Shown: positions 27,003 through 39,423 of the stretch, piece after piece | Layout: each line of letters begins with the position of its first letter | Numbering within the stretch: the stretch's first letter is position 1 | Assembly: GCA_965205265.1 (NCBI GenBank) | Contig: CBDBGH010000003.1 | Location: forward strand, 1,248,001-1,312,000 | Length of the DNA: 64,000 nucleotides | Direction of reading: 5' to 3' | DNA from: Alphaproteobacteria bacterium | GTDB taxonomy: Bacteria > Pseudomonadota > Alphaproteobacteria > Bin95 | Notes under the pieces: model-generated | Databases searched by the model: none | What the model saw: the letters and a program-made list of their open reading frames with translations, nothing else | What the model was told of the DNA's origin: nothing | Position numbers and translations under genes: made by a program

Positions 27003-27986
27003 TCAGCCGAGCCAGGCGCGGCAGCCGGTCGCCTCCAGCACGGGATCGAGTGCGGCGCGGTCGGCCAGCGCGGCATATTTCTCCCTGAGCGCGCGGAGCG
27101 AGCGGGCATGGTAGCGCTGCGGCGCCTGCGTCCAGCGCCCGCCCGCGATATCGACGGCGAAGCTCTCCGCGCCGTCGGCGATGGCGCGGGCATTGGCGTC
27201 CGACCAGGGCAGGAACCGCGCGCCGACTTCCTCGGCAAGCAGCGGCTCGAGCGTCGGCGCGAGCGTATCCCAGGACTCGAACGGGCCCTCGTTCGCCGGG
27301 TCCTGCATCCGCCGGCACCAGTCTTGCGTGCGGGGCGGCACGAGGCGGCTGCCGGTCGGGTCGGTCCAGGCTTCCCAGATCTGGGCGGCGATGCCGAAAT
27401 CCGCGAAAGCCGGCCGCGCGCCGAACAGGTAGCGGCGGCCCTCCAGATGGGCTTCCAGCAGTTCCAGCTGGCGGGCGAAGGAGGCCTCGATGATCGGCGC
27501 CGTCTCCGGCGAGGAGCCGACGAAGCTCACACGCGGCACCATGCGCTCCCGCACGGCCCGCGCGCGTTCGGCCACCGCCTCCTCGTCGGCGTCCGGCAGC
27601 ATGGAGCGGGCGATGCGCTCCGCTGCCGAGACCCGGTCGGCCTCGTCGCGCCAGCGATAGTGGAACATGTGCTTGTTGCCCCACTCGTCGCCATATTCCT
27701 CCAGCAGCGCGGAGAGGAAGGCGAGCATCGGGTCCCCGGGCTGGGTCGCGGGCTCGGGGAAGGCCGCCTCGAACCGTTCCATGATGGGCGTCGAGTCCTG
27801 GATGCCCTCGCTCTCCGGCGTAATGACCAGCGGCACCAGCGGCAGCCGCGCATGGGCCTCGTATTCGGCCCGGTTTGCGGGCGTGCGCGTCAGCCAGTCA
27901 TGCGCGATGCCCTTGTAGCGGAACCACGCGCGGACCTTGACCGAATAGGGCGAAAGCTCCGAACCGAAAATGCGATAGCGCGCCAC
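27003..27986 (-). CDS. glutathione S-transferase family protein
   Basis: SPYSVKVR, QDSTPI, EEYGDEW, FADFG; GTG after GGGAGG. Confidence 0.85.
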   Translation of the reverse strand: MARYRIFGSELSPYSVKVRAWFRYKGIAHDWLTRTPANRAEYEAHARLPLVPLVITPESEGIQDSTPIMERFEAAFPEPATQPGDPMLAFLSALLEEYGDEWGNKHMFHYRWRDEADRVSAAERIARSMLPDADEEAVAERARAVRERMVPRVSFVGSSPETAPIIEASFARQLELLEAHLEGRRYLFGARPAFADFGIAAQIWEAWTDPTGSRLVPPRTQDWCRRMQDPANEGPFESWDTLAPTLEPLLAEEVGARFLPWSDANARAIADGAESFAVDIAGGRWTQAPQRYHARSLRALREKYAALADRAALDPVLEATGCRAWLG

Positions 27987-28063
27987 GGAAGCGGCCTCCC
28001 TGCTGAGGTGCCGGACCATGCCAGCGAGTCCCGCTGCCGGGCAAGGCGCGCCGCAGGTTGTCC

Positions 28064-28167
28064 TTGTTGCTCACGAAGCGGCGAATTCGAGCAACAACCG
28101 CATTTGTCGCTCATAGATAAACGACAAACGGCTTTGTTGCTCACGAAACGGCGAATCCGAGCGACAA
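28064..28167. repeat. three tandem TTGTYGCTC...CRACAA hairpins
   Basis: Units at 28064-28097, 28104-28127 and 28134-28167. Confidence 0.7.
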
Positions 28168-28199
28168 AGCGGGGCGACCGGTAGGGCGGCCCGTTACCG

Positions 28200-29551
28200 C
28201 TACGCGTCGTCCGCATAGGGGTTGGCGGCGGCGCGGAGCAGGATGCGGATGGGCACGCCCGGCAGGTCGAAATCGCGCCGGAGGCCGTTGGCGAGATAGC
28301 GGACATAGGACTCCGGCACCGCCGAGGGGCGCGACCCGAAAATCGCCACGGTCGGCGGCCGGCGCTTGATCTGGGCGGCATAGCGCAGCTTGAGGCGCCT
28401 GCCCTTGACGATGGGCGGCGGATGCGCCTCCAGCGCCTCCTGGAGCCAGCGGTTGAGGGCGCCCGTCGGGATGCGCCGGCTCCAGACCTCGCGGCTTTCG
28501 AACGCCGTGCGGACCAGCCGGTCGATGCCGCGCCCGGTGGCGGCGGAGACCGTGAGCAGCGGTACATTGCGCACCTGCGGCAGCGAGGTCTCGATCCGGT
28601 CCCGCAACGCGCCCAGCGCCTCCGGGGCATCGCGAACGAGGTCCCACTTGTTCGCCGCAAGCACCAGCGCCCGGCCTTCCTCGATCGTCCGGGCGGCGAT
28701 GGCGAGGTCCTGGCGCTCCAGCCCGTCGGCGGCGTCCAGCATCAGCACGACCACTTCGGCGAAGCGGATGGCGCGGTCGGTATCCGCCGCCGAGAGCCGC
28801 TCGATCCGGTCCTGCACGCGGGCGCGGCGGCGCAGCCCGGCCGTATCCACCAGGCGCACGGGCCGGCCCTTCCAGGCCCAGTCCACGGCGATGGCGTCGC
28901 GCGTCACGCCGGCTCCGGCCCGGTCAGCAGGCGGTCCTCGCCGAGCAGCCGGTTGATGAGCGTCGATTTGCCCACATTCGGCCGGCCCACAATGGCGAGC
29001 CGGAGCGGGCCTTCGGTCTCGTCATCGTCGTCTTCGTCCTCTTCCGGGACGGGCGCTTCGATGAAGGGTGCGAGCGCCTCGTAAAGCCCCGCGAGCCCCT
29101 CGCCATGCTCAGCCGAAATCGCGACCGGCGCGCCGAAGCCGAGCTCATAGGCTTCGAAGGCGCCGTCCATGCCGCGCCCGGACTCCGCCTTGTTCGCCGC
29201 TAGCACGACCGGCGCGGGTCCCCGCCTGAGCCAGGCGGCGAAATGCCGGTCCAGCGCCGTCACCCCGGCGCGCGCATCGACCAGGAAGAGCGCGGCATCG
29301 GCATCGGCGAGCGCCGCCTCGGTCTGGCGGCGCATGGCGCCTTCGAGCGCGTCCGCCGGCGCGTCCTCCAGCCCGGCGGTGTCGATGACCGTGAACGCGA
29401 CGCCGCCAAGCGAAGCTGCGCCCTCGCGGCGGTCGCGCGTCACGCCCGGCCGGTCGTCCACAATCGCCTCGCGCCGGCCGACGAGGCGGTTGAACAGCGT
29501 CGATTTGCCGACATTGGGCCGTCCGACAATGGCGATAACGGCGCCTGGCAT
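28200..29551 (-). CDS. der: ribosome biogenesis GTPase Der (EngA), with a 1-nt frameshift near 28912
   Basis: Two GRPNVGKS motifs, GVTRD, DTAGL, NKWD; split across ORFs 28904-29890 and 28200-28907. Confidence 0.93.
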
Positions 29552-29556
29552 GGCGG

Positions 29557-30876
29557 TCAGCGGTAAGCGGTCAACACACCGTCGTCGTCGAGCAGCAGCA
29601 ATGTCCGGGCCGCGACGACGGGCGCCAGGCGGTGAGGCCGTCCGGTATCGAGCGTTAGGCCCTTCTTCCCCGTCTCCGGGTCGAGGAAGACGATCTCGCC
29701 ATGCGAACCCGCCAGCACCAGCCGCCCGCCCGCCAGCACCGGGCCGGCCCATTCGATGCGGCCCGTGCGGTCCTCCTCGTCTTCGTAGCGCGCAAGCGGC
29801 ATGACCCAGCGCAGCTTGCCTGTCTCGGCCTCCGCCGCCACGATCTCGCCCCGTTCCGTTACGGCGAACAGGTGGGAGCCGGCCAGCCACGGCATGTGCA
29901 GGCCGCCGAACTCCGCGCTCCAGACCCGGCGGCCGCTTCGCATGTCTATAGCGCCGGCGCGGCCGGTATTGCTGAGCGCGAAGAGCCGTCCGTCATGAAC
30001 CACCGGCGCGGCCTGGACATCGGCCAGCGCCGCCACGAAATCCGCCCGGCGGGCCACGGTGAGATTGTCGGACCAGAGTTCGCGCCCGGTCTCGGTCTTC
30101 AGCGCCACGATCTCGCCCGAGGAATAAGCGGAAACGGCTGCGCCCTGTGCGACCGCCGGGCCCGCGCCGCCGAGGAGCGCCGTCTGCTCCGCCACGGAAT
30201 CATGGGTCCAGAGAGTGCCGCCGTCGCCGGTGTCGAGGGCATGGGTCTTGTTGTCGAGTGTGGCGACGAAGAGCCGGTTGCCTTCTACCGCCGGCGCGCC
30301 GCGCGCCGGAGCCGACAGCGGCCGGCGCCATATAACGGCTCCGGAGGACGCGTCGATCGCCAGCGCTTCGCCGTAGCCTGTCGCTGCGAAAAGGCGGCCT
30401 CCGGCAAAGGCCACGCCGCCGCCTGTCGATTCTTCCTCGCTTTCGGGCCGGGTCCCGACCGACCAAAGCTCTCTGCCGTCCTGCAGGCCGAAAGCGCTGA
30501 CCCTGCCGACGGCGTCCATGGCATAGACCCGGCCGTCGGCGACGACAGGCTGCGCCGTCACGCGGCGGCCCTCGCCGGAGCCGTCGCCGACGGAGCGGGA
30601 CCACGCCGGACGGGAGACGGAACCGAGCGCCGGGTGGCCGATGGCGTGGAAAGGCGCGCCGCCGGCCTGGGGCCAGTCGGCATTGGCATCCTGCTCGGGC
30701 AGGTCCATGGGGCGCGCCGCCGCCTCGGGGTCGCCCCTGAGCGCGCGATCCAGCGAAAGCACGGCGATGCGGTCGCCGGGGAGCGGCGGGTCTTCGGAGG
30801 CGCCGAACCAGCTGTCCGACTCGCAGCCGGCGAGCAGGAATGCGCCCCCGATCGCCAGAAGCAGCGCCCGTCTCAT
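29557..30876 (-). CDS. PQQ-like beta-propeller lipoprotein (BamB-like)
   Basis: LAGC lipobox, Trp-docking repeats, conserved position between the yfgM-like gene and der. Confidence 0.85.
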   Translation of the reverse strand: MRRALLLAIGGAFLLAGCESDSWFGASEDPPLPGDRIAVLSLDRALRGDPEAAARPMDLPEQDANADWPQAGGAPFHAIGHPALGSVSRPAWSRSVGDGSGEGRRVTAQPVVADGRVYAMDAVGRVSAFGLQDGRELWSVGTRPESEEESTGGGVAFAGGRLFAATGYGEALAIDASSGAVIWRRPLSAPARGAPAVEGNRLFVATLDNKTHALDTGDGGTLWTHDSVAEQTALLGGAGPAVAQGAAVSAYSSGEIVALKTETGRELWSDNLTVARRADFVAALADVQAAPVVHDGRLFALSNTGRAGAIDMRSGRRVWSAEFGGLHMPWLAGSHLFAVTERGEIVAAEAETGKLRWVMPLARYEDEEDRTGRIEWAGPVLAGGRLVLAGSHGEIVFLDPETGKKGLTLDTGRPHRLAPVVAARTLLLLDDDGVLTAYR

Positions 30877-31511
30877 GAGGGGTCTCCCAGTGCGGCGAGC
30901 ATTTCCGCCGCGCGCCGGCGCACGCCGACAGGGGCCTCCGGGTCATCGGCCAGCGCCTTGAAACCCGCGACTGCCGCCGTCGTTTCGCCGAGCGCGGCGC
31001 GCGCCGCCGCTATCGTTTCGGCCGCGGAATGGCGCAGCGCGCCCGAGAGCCCTTCCACCGTCGCAATGGCCGCTTCCGGCCGGCCGGCATCCAGCTCGAT
31101 CATGCTCTGGAACAGCCGCGCCAGATCGCGATAGACCGGAGCTGCGTCCTCGTCGGCCGCCAGCGCCTCGTAGCGGGCGAGCGCGGAGGCGGTGTCGCCC
31201 TGCCGGGCGAGTTCCGCCGCTTCGCCGAACCGCGCCAGAAGGCCGGCCCCGCCGCCCTCCGCGGCGAGCGCGGCGAAGGCCGCTATGGCGTCTCCCGGCT
31301 TGTCTTCCCCGGCCAGCGAAGCCGCCTGTTCCAGCCGTTGGCTCGCCTCGGCGGCGGCCTCCGCCTGCATATGTTTCCAGAGCTGGAAGCCGCCGACCGC
31401 CAGCACGGCCAGCACGGCCGCCCCGACCACGAGGACGCCGTATTTCCGCCAAAGCTCCTTGGCGCGCTCGGTGCGGACTTCCTCGTCCACCTCGCGAAAG
31501 ATATCGGCCAC
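30873..31511 (-). CDS. YfgM-like TPR membrane-anchored protein
   Basis: DIFREVDEEVR...LWRKYG followed by a transmembrane segment. Confidence 0.85.
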   Translation of the reverse strand: MADIFREVDEEVRTERAKELWRKYGVLVVGAAVLAVLAVGGFQLWKHMQAEAAAEASQRLEQAASLAGEDKPGDAIAAFAALAAEGGGAGLLARFGEAAELARQGDTASALARYEALAADEDAAPVYRDLARLFQSMIELDAGRPEAAIATVEGLSGALRHSAAETIAAARAALGETTAAVAGFKALADDPEAPVGVRRRAAEMLAALGDPS

Positions 31512-31668
31512 TTCACCTCTCCCGGACGGCCGCCGCCTTATAGCTTTCACCGGCCCCTGTGCGCAAATGCCGGCCGCTGTCGCGGGTTCGGCATATTTCG
31601 TCTGGACGACGCCCGGAGATTCGGGGCAGCATAGCCGTTGCCGTCCAGCGAGGAGGACAGAGGAGGCC

Positions 31669-32004
31669 ATGGGAGAGGTCGTCGCGCTCGAAAACCAATA
31701 CCGCCCGGCGAAGCCGGTCTTTTTCGACAAGAGAGAGCTTCGCCACCTGATGAACGTTTATAGTCGGCGCGTGTCGGCAGGGGAGTGGCGGGATTACGCG
31801 ATAGACTTCCAGCGAGGCGAGGCCGTGTTCTCGATTTTCCGGCACAGTTCCGAAGCGCCCCTCTACAGGGTGGCCAAGACCGGACACAGGGGCCGGTCCG
31901 CGGCGGAATACTCCGTGAGCGAAGGCCCCCGGCTGCTGAAGCGCGGGCAGAACATCCGCGACGTGCTTTCCGTGATCGAGCGACGGCTCGAATTGGTCAC
32001 CTGA
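31669..32004 (+). CDS. DUF2794 family protein
   Basis: FDKREL...VSAGEWRDYAID...AVFSIFR; GGAGG RBS. Confidence 0.85.
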   Translation: MGEVVALENQYRPAKPVFFDKRELRHLMNVYSRRVSAGEWRDYAIDFQRGEAVFSIFRHSSEAPLYRVAKTGHRGRSAAEYSVSEGPRLLKRGQNIRDVLSVIERRLELVT

Positions 32005-32295
32005 CGGCGCGGTCCCCGGCCCCGTCTCAACCCGGCAAGGCTCCGCCAGGCGGTATGGCCGCCAGCCCCTTCTCGGCGTGACGGGGCCTTGCCGGGCGGC
32101 AAGGCCGCTGGGCCCCTCTCCCGCCTGCGGACTGTCGGTTTCACGCGTTACCGTCCGGTGGCGTGGCGCTGCATTACCCCAATCCGTCGCCTTGGCCCCG
32201 AGCTGGCGTCGCTCCGGCCGGACCGGACTCCGGCAGGCTTGCCAACTCGACCATTCCGGATCGTAGTCCCGAACAGCTTGACCAATTCGGAGCTG

Positions 32296-32421
32296 ATACC
32301 AGCGGCGCCCGGTTGTGACTCATCGAGAAAGCCTGCCGGTTTTTCTTTTGCGTCGCCCCGGCTCGGGGGCCGAGGCGACGATAAGGGGGCGCCGTCGGTT
32401 CCAACCCACGACCGTTGGTAT
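32296..32421. mobile_element. short MITE (ATACCA...TGGTAT) containing one REP-like palindrome
   Basis: Ends ATACCAGCGG / CCGTTGGTAT, the same family as the end at 4916; GTCGCCCCGGCTCGGGGGCCGAGGCGAC inside. Confidence 0.55.
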
Positions 32422-32466
32422 GACGGAGGAAAGACGGCCGGCGCCCGCCGTTTCGTTCCCGGAAGT

Positions 32467-33903
32467 TCAGCGCGGGAGTTCGGAGGGGCGGCCGGTCAGG
32501 TAGGCATCGACGGCATGGGCGCATTGCCGGCCCTCGCGGATCGCCCAGACGACCAGGGACTGGCCCCGGCGCATGTCGCCGGCCGCAAACACTTTGTCGC
32601 GCGAGGTCCGGTAGCTCTCCGTGTCGGCCTCGACATTGCCGCGCGCATCGAGCGCAATGCCCAGCCGGTCGATCATGCCGGCGCGCACCGGACCCGCGAA
32701 GCCCATGGCGAGCAGCACAAGGTCCGCCTCGATCTCGCCTTCGGAGCCCGGGACCGGCGCGAAGCCCTTGCCGGCCTCGAAACGCACCTGCCGCGTGGCG
32801 AGCGCCCGCACCCGACCCGCCGCGTCGCCGAGGAAAGCCGTGGTTTCGATCTCGTAGCGCTGCTCGGAGCCTTCCTTCTGCGAGGAGGAGATGCGCAGCC
32901 GGCGCGGCCAGTAGGGCCAGACCAGGCTGAGGTCCGGGTTCTCCTCGGGTTCGTCGAAGATTTCGAGCTGCACGATCCGCTCCGCGCCCTGGCGCGTCGA
33001 GGTGCCGATGCAGTCGGAGCCGGTGTCGCCGCCGCCGATCACGACAAGCTTGCGGCCGGCGGCGTCGATCCTGTCCGCAGGCGCGGGATCGCCGGCGTTG
33101 ATACGGTTCTGCTGCGGCAGGAAGTCCATCGCGAAATGGATGCCGTCCAGATCGCGCCCCGGCGTGCCCGCAAGGTCGCGCGGCGCCTCAGCGCCGCTGG
33201 CCAGCACGACGGCATCATGCGCAGCGAGCAGCTCCTCGACATCGACATTGACGCCGACATGCGCGCCCGTCCGGAAGACCACGCCCTCCGCCGCCATCTG
33301 TTCCATGCGGCGGTCGATCAGGTGTTTCTCCATCTTGAAGTCCGGAATGCCGTAGCGCAGCAGGCCGCCGATGCGGTCTTCCTTCTCCATCAGCACGACG
33401 TCATGGCCGGCGCGGGCCAATTGCTGCGCCGCCGCCATGCCGGCCGGCCCCGAGCCGACGACGGCGACGCGCTTGCCGGTGCGCGCGGCCGCCGGCTGCG
33501 GCAGGACCCAGCCTTCCTCGAAGCCCTTGTCCACGATGGCGCATTCGATGGTCTTGATGGTGACCGGGTCGTCATTGATGTTGAGGACGCAGGCCTCCTC
33601 GCAGGGCGCGGGGCAGATGCGGCCCGTGAACTCCGGGAAATTGTTGGTGGAGTGCAGATTGACGAGGGCGTCCTGCCAGTCGTCCCGATAGACCAGGTCG
33701 TTCCAGTCCGGGATCTGGTTGTTGACCGGGCAGCCGTTGTGACAGAAGGGGATGCCGCAATCCATGCAGCGCGCCGCCTGCTTGCGGGTCGCCTCGTCGC
33801 CGAGCGGGACCACGAATTCCTGCCAGTGGCGGACGCGCTCCCCGACGGGCCGGTAGGGGCGTTCGCTGCGTCCGAATTCCAGGAATCCGGTGACCTTACC
33901 CAT
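32467..33903 (-). CDS. gltD: glutamate synthase small subunit
   Basis: [37 protein letters not shown]. Confidence 0.97.
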   Translation of the reverse strand: MGKVTGFLEFGRSERPYRPVGERVRHWQEFVVPLGDEATRKQAARCMDCGIPFCHNGCPVNNQIPDWNDLVYRDDWQDALVNLHSTNNFPEFTGRICPAPCEEACVLNINDDPVTIKTIECAIVDKGFEEGWVLPQPAAARTGKRVAVVGSGPAGMAAAQQLARAGHDVVLMEKEDRIGGLLRYGIPDFKMEKHLIDRRMEQMAAEGVVFRTGAHVGVNVDVEELLAAHDAVVLASGAEAPRDLAGTPGRDLDGIHFAMDFLPQQNRINAGDPAPADRIDAAGRKLVVIGGGDTGSDCIGTSTRQGAERIVQLEIFDEPEENPDLSLVWPYWPRRLRISSSQKEGSEQRYEIETTAFLGDAAGRVRALATRQVRFEAGKGFAPVPGSEGEIEADLVLLAMGFAGPVRAGMIDRLGIALDARGNVEADTESYRTSRDKVFAAGDMRRGQSLVVWAIREGRQCAHAVDAYLTGRPSELPR

Positions 33904-36900
33904 GCGCCGCGGCCCCCTGCGCGGCGGCCGCCAATTCCATCAGCGCACGGCGGTAATCCACCGGCATGACCTTGACGAATTTCGAGCGGGCGGCGTCCCA
34001 GTCCGCCAGCATGGCGGCGGCGACGGCGCTGCCGGTATAGCGGCGATGGCGATCCACCATGCGGTAAAGCCGTGCCTCGTCATGGTTCATCATGTCCTGG
34101 AGGTCGCCCGCGTCCCGTCCGGTGGCGGCGACCGCTTCCAGGGTGGCGGCGGCGAGGTTGCACCGTTCCTCGAAGCTGCCGTCGGGGTCGTAAACATAGG
34201 CGATGCCGCCGCTCATGCCGGCGGCGAAGTTCCGGCCCGTGGGGCCGAGCACCGCGACGCAGCCGCCGGTCATGTATTCGCAGCCGTGGTCGCCGACGCC
34301 CTCGACCACCGCCCAAGCCCCTGAATTGCGCACGGCGAAACGCTCCCCGGCGACGCCGGAGAAGTAGCACTCGCCCTCGATGGCCCCGTAGAGGACGGTA
34401 TTGCCAACGACGATGTTCTCGCTCGGCAGATAGGGCGCGGCGGCGGGCGGGTAGATGACCAGCCGACCGCCGGAAAGGCCCTTGCCGACATAATCGTTGG
34501 CCACGCCTTCGAGGTGGATCGCCATACCGCGCGTGGACCAGGCGCCGAAGCTCTGCCCACCGGTGCCCTCCGCCTCGATCACGATGGTATCCTCGGGCAG
34601 GCCCGCATGGCCCCGCTGCTTGGCGACCTCGCCGGCCAGCATGGCGCCGACCGTGCGGTTCACATTGCGCACCTTCGTGCGGATCTTCACCGGACGGCCT
34701 TCGTCCAGCGCCGGTCTAGCTTCTGCTATTAGACGGTTGTCCAGCGCACGGTCGAGGCCGTGGTCCTGCACACCGCTGTTGTGGATATCGACGCCCGGCC
34801 CGACCTCCGGCTTGAACAGGAGCCGGTGGAGGTCCACGCCATGCGCCTTCCAGTGGTCTTGCGCGCGGCGCATGTCCAGCCGGTCGGAGCGGCCGATCAT
34901 CTCGTGGAAGCGCCGGAAACCCAACCGCGCCATGATCTGCCGCACTTCCTCGGCGACGAAGAAGAAGAAGTTGATGACATGCTCGGGCGTGCCGGCGAAG
35001 CGTTGCCGGAGCTCCTCGTCCTGCGTGGCGATGCCGACCGGGCAGGTGTTCAGATGGCACTTGCGCATCATAATGCAGCCCATCGCGATCAGCGGCGCGG
35101 TCGAGAAGCCGAACTCGTCGGCGCCGAGCAGCGCGCCGATGGCGACATCGCGCCCGGTGCGCAGGCCGCCGTCCACCTGCACGGCGATGCGGGTGCGCAG
35201 ATCGTTGAGCACGAGCGTCTGGTGCGTCTCGGAGAGGCCGATCTCCCAGGGCGAGCCGGCATGGGTGAGCGAGGTGACCGGCGAGGCGCCGGTGCCGCCC
35301 TCGAAGCCGGAGATCGTGACATGGTCGGCCTTGGCCTTGGAAACGCCGGCTGCAACCGTGCCGACGCCGACTTCCGAAACGAGCTTCACGCTGATCCGGG
35401 CCGCCGGGTTCACATTCTTCAGGTCGTGGATGAGCTGGGCCAGGTCCTCGATGGAATAGATGTCGTGATGCGGCGGCGGCGAGATGAGGCCGACGCCCGG
35501 CGTCGAGTGCCGGACCCGCGCAATGTTGCGGTCCACCTTGTGGCCCGGAAGCTGGCCGCCCTCGCCGGGCTTCGCGCCCTGCGCCATCTTGATCTGGATA
35601 TCGCTGGAATTGGCGAGATATTCGGCCGTGACGCCGAACCGGCCGGACGCAACCTGCTTGATCGCCGAGCGCATGCTGTCGCCGTTCGCCATCGGCTGGA
35701 AGCGGTCGGCTTCTTCGCCGCCCTCGCCGGTGTTCGACTTGCCGCCGATGCGGTTCATGGCAATCGCGAGCGTGGTGTGCGCCTCGCGCGAGATCGAGCC
35801 GAAGGACATGGCGCCGGTCGCGAACCGCCTCACGATTTCGGCGGCCGGCTCCACCTCCTCCAGCGGCACGCCGTTGCCGTCCTCGCGGAACTCGAACAGC
35901 CCGCGCAAGGTCATCAGCCTGCGGCTCCGGTCATTCAGGATGGCGGCGTATTCCTCGTAGCTCGCCGCATTGTTGGCGCGCGAGGCATGCTGGAGCTTGG
36001 CGACCGAATCCGGCTCCCACTGGTGGTGCTCGCCGCGCAGCCGGTAGGTGTATTCGCCGCCGACATCGAGCATGTTGCGGTAGATCGGCGCGTCGCCCCA
36101 GGCGGCCCGGTGCCGGGCCACCGTCTCGGCCGCCACCTCGGCGAGCGAGGCGCCTTCCACGGTGGTGGCCGTGCCAGTGAAGTAGCGGTCCACAAATTCG
36201 CTGGCGAGGCCGACCGCGTCGAAGATCTGCGCGCCGCAATAGGACTGGTAGGTCGAAATACCCATTTTGGACATGACCTTCAGCAGGCCCTTGCTGACGG
36301 CCTTGACGTAGTTCTTTTGGACCTTTTCGCGGGTATAGCCGGCGGGAAACGCGCCTTCGTCGTGGAGCGCATCCAGCGTCTCGAAGGCGAGATAGGGGTT
36401 GACCGCCTCCGCCCCGTAGCCGGCCAGCACGCAGAAATGATGCACCTCGCGCGCCTCGCCGGTCTCCAGCACGAGGCCGACGCCGGTGCGCGAGCCCTCC
36501 AGGATCAGCCGGTGATGCACCGCCGAGCAGGCCAGCAGCGCCGGCAGCGCGATCCGGTCCGGTCCGACCGCGCGGTCGGAGAGGATAAGGATGTTGAAGC
36601 CCTGCTCGACCGCCCGCTTCGCCTCGTCGCAAAGCGCCTCCAGGGCGGGGCCCATGCCGTCGGCGCCCTCCGCGGCGTCCCAGGTGGTGTCCAGCGTCTC
36701 GGTCAGGAACGCCCCGCCCACCAGGTCGGCGACGTGGCGAATCTTGTCGAGGTCGGCGTCGGTCAGCACCGGCTGCGAGACCTCGAGGCGGCGATGCGCG
36801 CCGCCGCTGTCCAGGTCGAGCAGGTTCGGGCGCGGCCCCACCAGCGAGACCAGCGACATCACCAGTTCCTCGCGGATGGAGTCGATGGGCGGGTTAGTGA

Positions 36901-38482
36901 CCTGCGCGAACAGCTGCTTGAAATAGGTGTAGAGCAGCTTCGGGCGCTCGGAGAGCACGGAGATCGGCGTGTCGGTGCCCATCGACCCGACCGGGTCGTC
37001 GCCGTCGGCGCCCATCGGCTGCAGGAAGACCTCAAGGTCCTCGTTCGTGTATCCGAAGGCCTGCTGGCGGTCGAGCAGGTCGCCCGCCGGCGGCCGGTTG
37101 CTGGCCGCGCGCGGCGGCGCCTCCAGGTCGTCGAGCCGGAAGCGGGTGCGCGCGAGCCACTGGCCGTAAGGCTGCGAGCGGGCGAGTTCCGCCTTGAGCT
37201 CACCGTCGTCCACGATGCGCTGCTGCTCCAGGTCGATCAGGAACATCCTGCCGGGCTGGAGCCGCCATTGCCGGGCGATGCGCTCCGGCGGGATGTCGAG
37301 CACACCGACTTCGGACGCCATCACCACGAGTCCGTCCGTCGTCACCAGGTAGCGGGCCGGGCGCAGGCCGTTGCGGTCCAGCGTGGCGCCGATCTGCCGC
37401 CCGTCCGTGAAAGCCACGGCCGCCGGCCCATCCCAAGGCTCCATCAGCGCGGCGTGATACTCGTAAAAGGCGCGGCGCTCCTCGTCCATCAACGGGTTGC
37501 CGGCCCAGGCCTCGGGAATGAGCAGCATCATCGCATGGGCGAGCGAGTAGCCGCCGCGCGTCAGCAGCTCCAGCGCATTGTCGAAGCAGGCGGTGTCGGA
37601 CTGCCCGGCCGGGATCAGCGGCCAGAGCTTCTCCATGTCGTCGCCGAACAGCTTCGAGCTGGTCGCGTGCCGGCGCGCCGCCATCCAGTTGTAGTTGCCG
37701 CGCACCGTGTTGATCTCGCCATTGTGGCAGATCATCCGGTAGGGATGCGCCAGGCGCCAGGAGGGGAAGGTGTTGGTCGAGAACCGCTGGTGGACGAGCG
37801 CCAGCGCGGACTCGATCCGCTCGTCCTGGAGGTCGAGATAGTAGTCGGCCAATTGCGGCGCGAGCAGCATGCCCTTGTAAACGATGGTCCGGCAGGAGAG
37901 CGAGGCGATGTAGAAATCGTCGAGGCCGGGCGCGTCCTCGGCGGCGGCCTCGTTCTCGATCCGCTTGCGGATGACGAAGAGCTTGCGCTCGAAGGCGTCG
38001 CCCGCCCCGGTGCCGGCGCCGCGCGCGACGAAGATCTGGCGTACGACCGGCTCCGTGGCCGAGACCGTGGGGCCCAGGATTTCGCTCGCGACCGGCACCG
38101 TCCGCCAGCCGGCGACCTGCTGGCCTTCCTCGGCCACGATGCGCTCGACCAGCGCCTCATAGACGGCGCGCGGCGCCTCGGCCCGCGGCAGGAAGACGGA
38201 GCCCGCCGCATAGTCCGGCTCGTCCGGCAGGTCGATGCCGGCCTCCGGCGCGACCGCGCGGAAGAGCCCGTCGGGCTTTTGCAGCAATATGCCAGAGCCG
38301 TCCCCGGCCAGCGGGTCCGCGCCGACCGCGCCCCGGTGGTCCAGGTTCAGCAGGATCTCTAGGCCCTGCCGGACGATGCGGTGGGACTTGCGGTTCTTTA
38401 TATCGACGACGAAGCCGACGCCGCAGCTGTCATGCTCGTTGCGGGGGTCGTAGAGTCCCTGCTTGGGTGGCAACGCAGACAC
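33896..38482 (-). CDS. gltB: glutamate synthase large subunit
   Basis: [42 protein letters not shown]. Confidence 0.98.
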   Translation of the reverse strand: MSALPPKQGLYDPRNEHDSCGVGFVVDIKNRKSHRIVRQGLEILLNLDHRGAVGADPLAGDGSGILLQKPDGLFRAVAPEAGIDLPDEPDYAAGSVFLPRAEAPRAVYEALVERIVAEEGQQVAGWRTVPVASEILGPTVSATEPVVRQIFVARGAGTGAGDAFERKLFVIRKRIENEAAAEDAPGLDDFYIASLSCRTIVYKGMLLAPQLADYYLDLQDERIESALALVHQRFSTNTFPSWRLAHPYRMICHNGEINTVRGNYNWMAARRHATSSKLFGDDMEKLWPLIPAGQSDTACFDNALELLTRGGYSLAHAMMLLIPEAWAGNPLMDEERRAFYEYHAALMEPWDGPAAVAFTDGRQIGATLDRNGLRPARYLVTTDGLVVMASEVGVLDIPPERIARQWRLQPGRMFLIDLEQQRIVDDGELKAELARSQPYGQWLARTRFRLDDLEAPPRAASNRPPAGDLLDRQQAFGYTNEDLEVFLQPMGADGDDPVGSMGTDTPISVLSERPKLLYTYFKQLFAQVTNPPIDSIREELVMSLVSLVGPRPNLLDLDSGGAHRRLEVSQPVLTDADLDKIRHVADLVGGAFLTETLDTTWDAAEGADGMGPALEALCDEAKRAVEQGFNILILSDRAVGPDRIALPALLACSAVHHRLILEGSRTGVGLVLETGEAREVHHFCVLAGYGAEAVNPYLAFETLDALHDEGAFPAGYTREKVQKNYVKAVSKGLLKVMSKMGISTYQSYCGAQIFDAVGLASEFVDRYFTGTATTVEGASLAEVAAETVARHRAAWGDAPIYRNMLDVGGEYTYRLRGEHHQWEPDSVAKLQHASRANNAASYEEYAAILNDRSRRLMTLRGLFEFREDGNGVPLEEVEPAAEIVRRFATGAMSFGSISREAHTTLAIAMNRIGGKSNTGEGGEEADRFQPMANGDSMRSAIKQVASGRFGVTAEYLANSSDIQIKMAQGAKPGEGGQLPGHKVDRNIARVRHSTPGVGLISPPPHHDIYSIEDLAQLIHDLKNVNPAARISVKLVSEVGVGTVAAGVSKAKADHVTISGFEGGTGASPVTSLTHAGSPWEIGLSETHQTLVLNDLRTRIAVQVDGGLRTGRDVAIGALLGADEFGFSTAPLIAMGCIMMRKCHLNTCPVGIATQDEELRQRFAGTPEHVINFFFFVAEEVRQIMARLGFRRFHEMIGRSDRLDMRRAQDHWKAHGVDLHRLLFKPEVGPGVDIHNSGVQDHGLDRALDNRLIAEARPALDEGRPVKIRTKVRNVNRTVGAMLAGEVAKQRGHAGLPEDTIVIEAEGTGGQSFGAWSTRGMAIHLEGVANDYVGKGLSGGRLVIYPPAAAPYLPSENIVVGNTVLYGAIEGECYFSGVAGERFAVRNSGAWAVVEGVGDHGCEYMTGGCVAVLGPTGRNFAAGMSGGIAYVYDPDGSFEERCNLAAATLEAVAATGRDAGDLQDMMNHDEARLYRMVDRHRRYTGSAVAAAMLADWDAARSKFVKVMPVDYRRALMELAAAAQGAAAHG

Positions 38483-38686
38483 GATATGTCACCTCCGCAG
38501 GTTTCGTTGGCAAAGAGCCGCAGCCTCTCGAGCCGGGCGGGTGTCGCCCAAAGGAAAGCCGATATAGAGCATTGCAGGGCCGGGTAGAAGACGGCGGGAC
38601 GGTTGGTCGCAACGATTCTGCGGCCCGGAGCGCGGGCGCGGGCAAGAGGTTAAGATGGGCCGGGTTCGACCGGCCGGGGCAAGGGC

Positions 38687-39406
38687 ATGGCGGAACGTAT
38701 TCTGATTACCGGTGGCGCGCGGCGCCTGGGTCTGGCGCTTGCCCGCGCCATGCTGGCGGCAGGGCACCGGGTCGCCGTCCACACGCGCTCGACCGGGCCG
38801 CCGGCGGGTCTGGATGCGGTGGTCCTGCAGGGCGACCTGGACGACCCCTCCGTGCCGGTGCGGATCGTCAGGGAAGCGCATGAGCGGCTCGGCGGGCTTT
38901 CGGTGCTGGTCAACAATGCCGCGCGGTTCGAGCCGGACCGGATCGGCACGCTCGACGCCGCCTCCTTCGACGCCCATATGGCGACCAACCTGCGCGCGCC
39001 GCTGCTCGCGATCCAGGCCTTCGCCGCGGTGCTCGGGGAAGACGGGACGGGGCTTGCGGTCAATATCGTGGACCAGAAGATCCGCCATCCGGGTGCGGGC
39101 TACCTCTCCTACACGCTCAGCAAGATCGCGCTGGAAGGGGCGGTGCGCACGCTCGCGGCGGAGCTCGCCCCGCGGCTCCGGATCGCGGCGATTGCGCCCG
39201 GCATCGTCTATGAGAGCGCCGGCATGAAGCCCGGACGGCTGGAGGCGCTCGGCGCAAGACTGCCGCTCCGCCGCGCGGTGCGGCCGGAAGAAGTCGCCGC
39301 CGCGCTCGCCTATCTCATCGAAACGCCCTCGGTCACGGGCGAGACGCTTTTCGTCGATTCAGGCGAGGCCCTGCGGGCGCGTTCGGTTATTCTTGGAGCA
39401 AGCTGA
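38687..39406 (+). CDS. SDR oxidoreductase (pteridine reductase/FolM-like)
   Basis: TGGARRLG, LVNNA, YTLSK. Confidence 0.85.
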   Translation: MAERILITGGARRLGLALARAMLAAGHRVAVHTRSTGPPAGLDAVVLQGDLDDPSVPVRIVREAHERLGGLSVLVNNAARFEPDRIGTLDAASFDAHMATNLRAPLLAIQAFAAVLGEDGTGLAVNIVDQKIRHPGAGYLSYTLSKIALEGAVRTLAAELAPRLRIAAIAPGIVYESAGMKPGRLEALGARLPLRRAVRPEEVAAALAYLIETPSVTGETLFVDSGEALRARSVILGAS

Positions 39407-39423
39407 AGGCGGGAGGCGCGCAC

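Noticed and set aside
28064-28167. Mini CRISPR array
   Set aside because: Only two long units, with near-identical internal loops, and the intervening sequence is itself a related hairpin; no cas genes.
28200-29551. Programmed ribosomal frameshift in der
   Set aside because: No slippery run at the site; a sequencing error is more likely.
34760-38362. 1200-aa plus-strand ORF and other long antisense ORFs (e.g. 10628-13432, 23088-25769, 8545-10806)
   Set aside because: Shadow frames opposite well-supported genes in high-GC DNA; no recognisable motifs.
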